Shown here: piece by piece, positions 12,284 to 23,493 of the stretch
How positions within the stretch are numbered: the first letter of the stretch is position 1
Layout of the letters: each line of letters begins with the position of its first letter
Source of the DNA: the human T2T-CHM13v2.0 reference genome, Homo sapiens
Direction: 5' to 3' (one strand)
Length of the DNA: 64,000 nucleotides
Assembly: GCF_009914755.1 (NCBI RefSeq)
Contig: NC_060937.1
Program-made: the position numbers and the translations under genes
The notes under the pieces: generated by a model
Told to the model about the DNA's origin: nothing
What the model saw: only the letters and a program-made list of their open reading frames with translations
Database searches by the model: none

Positions 12284-13899
12284 CCACCCACACAAGCATA
12301 CAGCATTTCATCAGTTTTTATAAGATGTAGACCTCTTGCACCTTTGGTTCTTTGTAGGCTGTTTTTCCTTTCCTTAACTCTTGCCTCTCTGATGCACTCT
12401 TTGCTAGTCATTTTCTACGTAATTGCGATCTTGAACATGTGTAGATTTTTAAGATATTGGTAGGAGTTTTGAAGATGTTTTGACAGTAATTTAATTTCTT
12501 CTTCCAAGGGAATTTTTTGAAAATCAACATAGTCATAGAATATGTCACTAATAAATGAAAACATTAAAATGTAACCAAATATGGGGAAAAAATCACATGG
12601 TATGTTGCAACTGTGGCCTAGAGTCTTGCTTTTGAGAAATCAATCTGTCTTGACTTTGAAATATTAAATAAAGGCTATGTTGGAAGTGGGTGGTTTGGTC
12701 CTGCAATATTCTGGACAATACTGAGGAATATTTTCACTCCAGAAAATAGTTCCATATTTGTAGAAGAATCTTCATTTTTAAACTACCACCAATGGAATCC
12801 ATTTTCCATCTCTACTCCTGCAGCTTTCTCTTATTGACTAAAAAGTTTCTAATGAATTTGAGGCAAAACTAGAGAAAATATAACACTTGCTATGAAGTAG
12901 TGGAACAGGTATGGAAAAGCATATCCTGAATTGAGGGAACATTCCTGGAGAAAGAACCTGGAAAAATGTCCAGTTTCCATTTAAGCCCTGGTTAAGCAGT
13001 ATGTGGTTTGGAAGTGAAATAATGAGCCTATTGAAAAGTATGTAATAAATGAGTATTTAGACTCAAAATCTAAAATGAATTATGAGGGATTTGCTCTTTG
13101 TTTTAAAAAATATATTCCAAAGGAATATTTTGAGATATCATGAAACACACATCTCGCCTAAAAACCAACTGAGAATTAGATTTGATGTGTGTCATGATTG
13201 TGTTGGAGATGAAGAGACAGAGGGAATGGTCAGTTTTGCTAATTAGGAAAATCCTGGACATGTTTACATCATCTTACAATGTTTTGATCAATCTTGGAGG
13301 CATTAAATTGACTACTTTTCCTAATAGAGATAGTGCATGTGTTCTGAATTGTTAATTGGCTCTAAAATTAGTTATAGTTTATTTCTAAATTGAACCAAAG
13401 TTGGGAAAAATTCATGGACTTAATCTGAAATATGTTATTCATCAATTTCATATACAACTTTGGTTTTTTATGATTTTAGATGTTGAATCTTTGAAATAAT
13501 ATTTATATTATCTAATGATAACGTTTGATGTTTGGATAGTTCATTGTCTTTACATTTTAAATTTAAGCTACTTTTTTTTCTTTCAATTCATGTGATTAAC
13601 TTCTTCGGATGAACTTGTTAATTTTCTCCTACTCTGAGTTCATTTGAATGGCTTATTTTGTCACTTATAGCACTATCTATATTTTGCTATATTTAGCAGT
13701 TTGGTGGCTATGATTGTACCAGGTTAAATGAACAAAGGCAGTTCAATAAATCATCCTGTTACAGCTGACACATATGCTTATGCTATTTGCCTGTCTCTCA
13801 GTCAAGCTTTAATAGATTACTCTTTTCCAAATCTTTTTTTCTTAAACACTAATTATCCTTGATCAATAACAAATACATTCAATAAATATATTGAGTGCC

Positions 13900-14270
13900 T
13901 GTATTAGTCTGCTATTACACTGCTACAAATAAATAGCTGAGACCAGGTAATATATAAAGAAAGATTTAATTGACTCACAGTTCTGCTTGGCTAGGGAGGC
14001 CTCAGGAAATTTATAATCATGGCATAAGGGGAAGCAAATATGTCCTTCTTCACAAGGCGGCAGGTGAGAGAAATGCAAAGCTAAGGAGGAAAAGCCCCTT
14101 CTAAAACCATCAGATCTTGTAAGAACTCACTCACTCTCACAAGAACAGCATGGGGAAACTACCCCCATGATTAATCACCCCCCATGAGGTCCCTCCCCCA
14201 AGAGTGGGGAACAATTTGGATTGCAATTTAAGATGAGATTTGGGTAGGGATACAGAGCCAGACTGTATCA
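13900..14270 (-). mobile_element. THE1D-like MaLR solo LTR inserted into an L2 tail
   Basis: TGTATTAGTC...GGGAGGCCTCAGGAAA...AAGATGAGATTTGGGT...TATCA; TSD GTGCC at 13895-13899 and 14271-14275; L2-like sequence on both sides. Confidence 0.9.
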
Positions 14271-15391
14271 GTGCCTATATTGTGTATAACCTAATGAGGC
14301 ATACTAGGATATTTTGGTGAAAAAGACATCCCTGCACCAAGTAACTAAATCTGAAACTTCCTTTTGGGAAGGCCAGGCAAGGACTAAAATACTGAATGTA
14401 GTATTTGAAAAAAGAATGCAGTAGTAACACCAAGGAAATGAAGTAACATTTAGAGAAGTATAGATGAAAATCATAGTGAGTGAATGGGGCCATTTATTGC
14501 AATGGTGATAGCACAAAAGAACTAGCAGAATGACCAAACCAAAGTTGAAATGCTAGTGGAGAAATTCTTGACAACACTAGCTCAAATATTAACATTGAAG
14601 TTGATTTAAAGTTTTGAATTGTTGAAGTCATCTTTAATATATAAATTCAGGTCCTGGATTCTGAACTTTTCTATCATAAATGTTAGTGTAATCCTTGACT
14701 TTTTTTATTTTGATGAATATTCCTTTAGCTGATATTTATTTTACGGAAGGGTTTTAAATAAGCACTTACCAACTTAATTGCAACTGTGTTTCTGTTTTCC
14801 TCACTACGTTGTCAGCCTTAGAGAGCAGGTACAATGTCTGTTTTTCCACTTGTATACCTCTGCACAGTTCATGGTAATGGGTACCATATTATTGAGTAAA
14901 TGGCTGGATGCATAGTTGGATGGATGGATTGGTGGTTGTCTAGCTGGATTAATGGATTTGGAATGTCCCAGCAGGATGATCCACTTTTGAAATATTCTAT
15001 CCATGTGTAAACATTTCTACTTTTTCAGGAATTATCAGTGGAGTGTTCTGTGGGAAACAAACCATATCGGTAGTGGCAATGGGTTCTGATAATAAGCAAA
15101 GCCCTTGTATCCTTTATCATAGTCCTGTATCACAGTTATATGCTTGTTCAGTTTTATATGATCATTTCTTAAAGGACTGACTCTTAGACATAATGTGGAC
15201 TCCTGTGAAAGAACTATATTTGAAAGCTAAATATAGCCATGAGTGCCAAAAATGTAATTAGCACTGCTTTTAAGGAGCCCATCTTAGTAATCTATCTTTG
15301 TTTATCTTACAGGAATACTCATCATCTGATTTGCTCCATGTGAAAAAAAATCCCTTCCAATGTCCAAGTATCCTGCAATGTTGCAGGGTAC

Positions 15392-17687
15392 TGATATGGT
15401 CTGGCTCTGTGTCCCCACCCAAATCTCATCTTGCATTGGAATCCAAATTATAATCCCCACATGTTGGGTGAGGGTCCACGTGGGAAGTGATTGGATCATG
15501 AGGGCGGTTCCCCCATGCTGTTCTCATGATAGTGGGTGAGTTCTCATGAGACTGATGGTTTTATAAGGGGCTATTTCTCCTTCACTTTACACTTTTCTCA
15601 CATGCCATCATGTGAAGAAGGACTTGTTTGCTTCCCCTTCTGCCATGATGGTAAGTTTCCTGAGGCCTCCCCAGCCATGCAGAACTGTGAGTTAATTAAA
15701 CCTCTTTCCTTTATAAATTTCCCAGTTTGGGGTATTTCTTCATTGTATCATGAAAATGAACTAATACAGTAAATTGGTACCAGGGTAGTGGGGCGCTGCT
15801 ATAAAGTTACCTGAAAATGTGGAAGTGACTTTGGAACTGGGTAATAGACAAAGGTTGAAACAGTTGTGAGGGCTCAGAAAAATACTGGAAGATGTGGAAA
15901 AGTTTGGAACTTCCTAGAGACTAGCTGAATTGTTCTGACCAAAATTCTGATAGTGATATGGACAATGAAGTCCAGGCTGAGGTAGTCTTAGATGCAGATG
16001 AGGAACTTCTTGGGAACTGGAGCAAAGGTCACTCTTGCTATGCTTTAGCAAGGAGACTGATGGCATTTTTCCCCTGCCCTAGAGATCTGTGGAACTTGAA
16101 CTTGAGAGAGATTGTCTGAAATTGGCACTTATGTTTAAAAGGGAAGCAGAGCATAAAAGTTTGGAAAATTTGCAGCCTAATGTTGTGATAGAAAAGAAAA
16201 ATCAATTTTCTGGAGAGAAATTCAAGTCTTCTGCATAAAGTTGCATAGGTAATGAGGAATCAAATGTTAATCACCAAGACAATGGGGAATTTGTCTCCAA
16301 GGCATGTCAGAGACCTTCTCAGCCGTTCTCATTATAGGCCCAGAGGCCTAGGAGGGAAAAATGGTTTTGTGTGTCAGCCTCAGGGCCCCCTTTCTCTGTG
16401 CAGTCTCAGGACATGGCACTAGGTGTCCCAGCTGCTTCAGCTCCAGCCATGGGTAAAGACCAAGGTACAGCTTGGGCCTTTGTTTTAGAGGGTGGAAGTC
16501 CCAAGCCTTGACAGCTTCTGCATGATATTTGTCCTCTGGGTACACGGAAGTCAAGAATTGAGGTTTGGGAACCTCCACCTTGCTTTCAGAGGATGTATGG
16601 AAATGCCTGGATATCCAGGTAGAAGTCTGCTGCAGGGGTGGAGCCCTCAGAGAACCTCTGCTAGGGCAGTGCGGAAGGGAAATATGGGGTTGGAGTCCCC
16701 ACACAGAGTCCCCATTGGGGCACTGTCTAGTGGAGCTATGAGAAGAGGGCCACCATACTCCAGACCCCAGAATGGTAGATCCACCTACAGCTTGCACTGT
16801 GCACCTGAAAAAGCAACAGACACTCAGTGCCAGCCCATGAAAGCAGGGAGTGGAAGGGGTGAAGGGAGCTGTACCCTGCAAAGCTACAGGGGTGGAGCAG
16901 CCCAAGGCCATGGAAGCCTATCTCTTGCATAAGCATGACCTGCATGTGAGACATGGAGTCAAAGGAGATCGTTTTGTAACTTTAAAGTTTAATGATTACC
17001 CTGTTGGACTTTGGACTTTCATGGGGTCTGTAGCCCCTTTGTTTTGGCCAACTTCTTCCATTGGAACTGGTGTACTTACCCAATGCCTGTATCCCCATGG
17101 TATCTAGGAAGTAATTAACTTGCTTTTGGTTTTACAGGCTCATAGGAGGAAGGGACTTGCCTTGTCTTGGATAAGACTGTGGACTTGGACTTTGGGTTAA
17201 TGCTGGAAACAGTTTAAACTTTGGGGAACTGTTGGGAAAGCATAACTGTGTTTTGAAACGTGAGAAATATGAGATTTGGGAGGAGCCAGGAGTGGAATCA
17301 TATGGTCTGGCTATGTGTCCCCACCCAAATCTCATCTTGAATTTTAACCTGGATTGTAATCCCTACGTGTTGGGGGAGGGACCATGTGGGAGGTGATTAG
17401 ATCATGGGGGTGGTTCCCCTATGCAGTTCTCATGACAGTGAGTGAATTATGAGATCTGATGATTTTATAAGGGGCTTTTCCTGCTTCTTTTAGCACTTCT
17501 CCTGTGCCATATGAAGAAGGACATGTTTCCTTCCCCTTCTGCCATCATTGTACATTTCCTGAGGCCTCCCTAGCCATGCACAACTCTGTGTCAATTAAAC
17601 CTCTTTCCTTTATAAATTACCCAGTCTTGGGTATGTCTTCATAGCAGCAGGAAAATAAACTAATACAGTAAATAACAAACTAATACA
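15392..17687 (+). mobile_element. Full-length THE1D-like MaLR: 5' LTR 15392-15768, internal 15769-17297, 3' LTR 17298-17667 plus 20 extra nt
   Basis: Two homologous LTRs (T[G/C]ATATGGTCTGGCT...CTAATACA). Internal region starts GTAAATTGGTACC; purine tract precedes the 3' LTR; degenerate TSD GGTAC (15387-15391) / TGTAC (17688-17692). Confidence 0.93.
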
Positions 17688-18661
17688 TGTACTTGCTCCC
17701 AGACTCTTAGAGGGGTAGTGTTGGTATAGAAAGAATGGAACCCCGACACCTCCACTGCCTCTTGTGGAGCTTTTTGGGACTGAACTCAATGTGCTCACAC
17801 TTTCTCCAAAGCCAGCCAATAACACAAGGGAGCTACGTGCCCTGTCACCCTCTACAGTCCTTCCAGCTGCCATGCTTCTGCTAAACCTTAACTACTGGTT
17901 GTTCTCTTAGGGTTTCACCCCTCTCTTCTCTCTTGTTCCTGTTCTCTGATCCTACAGTGCTCTCTCTCAGCTCAATCTCAGCATGTCTAAAAACTGCCCA
18001 TTTTAAAAATAGGCAGTGTAAACATCATCAAGCTTCCCTTGATTTTCTCAGCTAGTTGGGATCTCTTTCCTACAGCACTTTGTAATTCTAACGATCGATA
18101 ATTATCACTTTCAGTTTTGCAGATTTCTGGAAACTCTGATTTTAGTTTCCGTCACTGTTTTGGAAGCTTCACATGATCATTTTAGTCGTGCACATAGGCC
18201 TAGGGCGGCATCTAAATGTGACCTTTACTGCATGCATCAGGGCCTGTTATCCAGCCTTTGTAGCTCCTGGTGGCATGGCTTCTGCCTTTGCCCTGCTCCC
18301 CTGTAGCTATGTGGGTGTTTTCTTGGTTCCTCTGCTAATAATTTGCCATTATATACGAGTGACCCATGCTGCACGCTCTGCCTAGGAGCCTTCCCCAACT
18401 AATGCTGATTCATCATGCACACCTTGTCTTAAAGCTTTCTCATCGGACCTAGCCAGAACCCTTCCTCGCACCCCACAGCTAAATTACACCATTCCTGTTC
18501 TTCTCTTTCATCTTAACCTATTCCTGACTTTCATGGTATTTTTCACAATTGCTATATGTATGTTAAACATAATAAATACACACACGCATACATATACACA
18601 TACATAAATACATATATATCAGTGCAGAAACAAATATCTGAACCCACTTACCCACAAATGA

Positions 18662-18942
18662 TTTTTTTTTTGAGACAGTCCTGCTCTGTCACCCAGGCTA
18701 GAGTGTGGTGGCACGATCTCAGCTCACTGCAACCTCCGCCTCCAGGGTTAAAGTGATTCTCCTGCCTTGGCCTCCCGAATAGCTAGAATTACAGGCATGC
18801 ACCACCATGCCCAGCTAATTTTTTGTGTTTTTAGTAAAGACAGGGTTTCACCATGTTGGCCAGGTTGGTCCCAAACACCCGACCTCAGGGGATCCACCTG
18901 CCTCAGCCTCCCAAAGTGCAGGGATTATAGGTGTGAGCTACC
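18662..18942 (-). mobile_element. AluS
   Basis: Poly(T), then TGAGACAGTC...CCCAAAGTGCAGGGATTATAGGTGTGAGC; last few 5' bases missing. Confidence 0.93.
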
Positions 18943-19389
18943 CCACGATGAGATTTTTGAAAGTAAATCCTTGTAACCAAAATCAATGTAAAAAAATTTT
19001 TTAATCTTTATTTTTTGAAGGACATTGAAAGGTACTCAATGGTGACCCCAGCAACACTCTTCACAATCTCTCTTCCTCACTGCCTTATTTTCCATAGGCA
19101 GGTTCAGCTCCTCTCACTGGCCGACAACTCAAGCCTGTCTGCAGGCCAGCCCAGGAAACGATGGAGTCCCTGGAAGTTTCCTCCTCATTCTTCTCATGGC
19201 CTTCTCCTGTGCTTTCTCCTTGATCTGCCCAGCCCTTCTTCTTATTCTGTATCACACACAGCTGGGGCTGCAGGCTTTGCACTGGGGAGAAAGGGCTAGA
19301 AATGGGTGCAAAGACAAAGGGGGCTTCGGAAAAAGGGAAGACAGTGGGAGTGCTCTGGGCCACCACGGTTCCTTAACGCTTAGCCTTTC

Positions 19390-19508
19390 TCTAGACTGTG
19401 AATCCCATGAGGGCAGGGCCCAGGTCTGTTCTGCTCACGGCACATACACCAGCGAGGTGCCTGGCCCCAAACAGGTGCTCAATGCTATCAGCCAAGTGAA
19501 TGAATGAA
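19390..19508 (+). mobile_element. L2 3' end
   Basis: CTAGACTGTGAATCCCATGAGGGCAGGG...GGTGCTCAAT...GTGAATGAATGAA. Confidence 0.75.
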
Positions 19509-21968
19509 GGAACAATTTTGAAGTCATTAAGCTGATGAGTAAATGTAGTACTGAACAAAAGACACTAGAGGGAGATCAGAGAAGGACTTCAGCAACATGA
19601 GCACAGCAGAAGCCAAGATTCAGCCGCATTTGATAGCGTGGAAATTTCATTTCTGCTTCTTTGTCTTCAATTTAAAAAATTTTAAAAATAAAATAAAAGT
19701 GAATTTTATACAGAGATTTATTTATTTATTTATCTGAACTGAATCCGACACTAATCCTTTCTGTTTTTAATATAGGTCATGATGGCCCTACCATTTGTAG
19801 AATAATGTTAAGACTGTAGATAGACATTCTAAAACGATAGTTATTTGAGTAAAAGCCTCATGGAATGGCCCTGCATAAAGAGATTGGCTAGAAGGAACAC
19901 CACTACAGTCATCTGAAAGGATGAATCATGGACACTTGAAAGAGTGCTGGGGAGGAAAACACTGGGCCCAAAAGGAAATTGTCAGACCGTCCTGACAATT
20001 TCATAAAGTATATAAGAGAAACAGGAAATTATTTAGGAACAAACAGAATAAAGTTCATGTGAAGCTCTGGGACTGACTGAGTGTTACACCTGAAACGGGT
20101 ATCCAGGCTTACTCTTTCTTCAACCTTGACAATCCCCTCTCTAGACATTGTTTGTCCATCTGTAAAATGGACTAACAGTAGTACAGAGTTTGTAGGATGA
20201 GGAGGTGGCAAGGATTAAAGGAGAGAGTGCACATAAGGACTAACACAGGGACTGGACCAGCACACACATAGTCAGAATGTACTGTGTGTGCTCCGTCGAT
20301 GCCTTTCCATGAAATTGATTAAGTTTACTAATATTTGCCTGCCTCAGCCATTTCCTCTCTTGGGCTCTTTTTTAATGATTACGCTGCACTAGACATTTTT
20401 TCTTGTACTGTACTTCAAAATATTTGGGACCTGGAGCGCTTTGTGGGCAAAAGTACTCTTCTCTTATTGTTGAAATCCTCCTGTGTGTTGGTTCATCTGG
20501 AGAAATAGAAAGACAAGGCCCCTGCCCTTGTTTATGAAGAAGCATAGAGCACAGTGCTACTCTAAAATCATTTCAAATTGCATGCATAGGTGCTGATGGA
20601 AGCGTGCGATGTCGAAGTTATACAAGCATTTTAAGTTCAGCCACATTCACGCTGCCATTTATAGTAAATCCTCCTTCTTATATTTGCTTTATTCTTGGCT
20701 GCAGTATTGCTGGATCTGGCAGAGACTCTGATAAGCAAATGGCCAAGAGCTATCTTGACAAGGAAGAGGTGACCTTGAGGCAGAAGAGAGGAGGAGAGCT
20801 GAGAGAAACAAGTAGATAGAATTGCAGAATGGTTGAAAAGAAAAAAAAGGAGCTTTTGCCTTTACTTTCAGCTTGTCTGTGTTAGTGCTCTTTTTCCTCT
20901 GGATAGATAAGTCTACCGGAAGTTCATTTCCAGATGCTTCAGTAAAAAATTAAGTTGACTCATAGTAATAAAAGAGATGACAGGAAAGTCTTCAGTGGGT
21001 GCAAAAGCCATCATGATTTGAATGATGAATTCTTATATGAACTTTAAAAATTAAAGATATCCATTAGGTATCACATATATCATTTTGAAAATGATGTGTA
21101 TTCTGCCTAAATTTGAAAGAGGTGAGGTATCACTTCAAAGATTTGAGTCCACGTAATTTAGCTTTCCATAAATAAGAGTAAATCAACATAAAATATAAAG
21201 AGACAATGGCATAGTAAGATCTTACAGCCTTTTAGTTTTAAAGACCTGGGTGGTGGATCTGCTCTATTGTTTTCAGTTGTGTTACATCACAATAAAAAGA
21301 GAAAAAAAGGACCTTAAAAAATGAATCAAATTAATCATTTTAAAAAGTTCTAAATTGGAAGTCACACTGAAACAAATGAAAAAGGAATTAATTTGGAACT
21401 ACTAGAAAAATAACATGTAGCCAGTATTGGATTCAATTCAATTTCAAATCAGAACAACTTTTATGTTTTACCATCTGCCTCACCAAGAGCCTTATAAAAT
21501 TTGAACACTACAGTCTTTAGAGATTCACATATGAGGAAAGCTTTTTAAAGACCATTTGATGAATATAAAACCAGAATAAATAATGTTGGTTCTTGTCCAT
21601 AAATAGAGTTAGTAATTAGTGATTACTAAAAAGATAAGTCACATCTGTCATATCATGGGCTCAGATATTCCATTTGAACTTCTGCCCTCTACACAGTCCC
21701 ACAGTAGTCCAGTTTAATGGTCTTCTGACCCAGGGTAGGCAAGCAAGTTGAGACTCAGAGAAGATAAGCTAGGGTACTGTGCTCCTCCAACTTGTAAATT
21801 GAAAAAAAAAATGGAATTGAAGCTATGGCTCTAAACTGTTGGATTTAGGCATAATACTTATTTTTAAAAATAGGCAAGGAGCATGAAACAGAAACAACTT
21901 ATTTCTGCAAAATGCTTGTGTTCCAGTTGTGTATTGAGATGAGCTAGATAGAAGGCAGGTAATATTCT

Positions 21969-22029
21969 TTTTTTTTTTTTCTTTTTTTTTTTTTTTGAGA
22001 CGGAGTCTCGCTCTGTCGCCCAGGCTGGA
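21969..22029 (-). mobile_element. Extremely 5'-truncated young Alu (about 33 nt of body plus tail)
   Basis: T-tail, then GAGACGGAGTCTCGCTCTGTCGCCCAGGCTGGA; perfect 18-bp TSD GAAGGCAGGTAATATTCT at 21951-21968 and 22028-22045. Confidence 0.93.
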
Positions 22030-23493
22030 AGGCAGGTAATATTCTGATAAAGTAGACTCTTTACTTTCTTCACATATATATGCATGCATGTGCATATTTG
22101 TAGAGACTTGAATCGCTTGTTGGCTTTACTTTATGGATAAGATATGAACATTTTATTTGCCCATTTAGTTGACTCTTCTGCAGCTCCTCTGGACATACAC
22201 TGTAACATATGTGCCTTTACAGTCCTGTGTCTTGCATGTTGCCTGCTTAATGAGTTAGTGAATGCTTAAGGAAAGGAATCCTTAACAAGGAAAAAGGAAA
22301 AAGAGAGACAAGATGCTAATACTAGAAAAAAAGTAATAATATCATTGAATCAAAGTTTTACCAAAGCTAATCATTTTAAGAAAATATAAGATTCTACAGG
22401 AGACAGGATGCTTAGGTGGTAGACACTAATAAGACAAATCCAGCTACTGTCTGCACAGTCTTGACAGAAATGCCTTCAGGTTTAAAAATACTAAATCACT
22501 AACTGTTTATTGATTTAACATTTAACATTTATCATGTGCCAAGTACTCTGACTGGGTTAAAATGTCAAACAAGACATGGTCCTTGCCCAAATGGAGTTCA
22601 CAGGAAACACTCGAGGAAATAAATAAATGGACTATAAAGTGACAGGTGCTGAGATAGTCCCTGCACTACACAAAGGGAGGCTCGGAGGAAGGGGCACCAT
22701 CTATCAGGGTGGGGTTGGGAGGGGTAGGCTCTGACTTTTGACAACCCATTCCCATTACCTCCTTTCAGACCGTGAGAAAGGTAACTCTTCAAGAGTGATA
22801 CCTAGTTTACATTCTTGCTACCCTGTTAATAGAGCCTGCCTTCCCTGCTAAATGAGAAAATAAACCAAGAAAATTATTTCAAGAACTAGGTCTTGAAATT
22901 AAACCAGTATGCAACTCGGGGAGATGTAGCCAGGTTAAGAAGAAGGGGTTATTCCAACACAAAGACTCTGAAACAAGAAATAGCACTTCATGTTTGAAGA
23001 CGATATAGTGTTTAGGGAGTGGAGCTGAGATGAGAGAGACAAAAAGTAAAGCTAAGTGTACTTGTAAAATAAAGTTTATGGCTTGGAAAGATGGGATTGA
23101 TTATGGCAACACTTTAAGGTCAAGAAAACAAATTGGGCACGTTGTCTTAAGAGGGCTAAAGTTTAATTAAATTTGATTAAAATATAAAAAAGAATTGATT
23201 TCAGCATTTTCTGAATATGGTAGGGCTCATTTGTGTGTCTGGGAAATCTACATAATCTTTCTGGATTTGACATTCTGTCTGCCTGTAAAAACATTGGAAA
23301 TATGTAAATGACTGATTGTGTCTAAATGTGTCCTCAATTCTGGATATGCTGAAGACATTCTAAAATTTATCTTTAATTGTCTCCTCTTTTTATTTCTTGA
23401 TATCTAGTTAGGTAACATGCCCTCCTGGTTATGTTCATGGAAGTTATCCTTTTATGTGTAAGAAGCCACCTTCAAAACTTAGTGTCATAATAG

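Noticed and set aside
16348-17335. ORFs of 67-187 aa on both strands
   Set aside because: Lie in the decayed THE1 internal region; no intact retroviral or host-like ORF.
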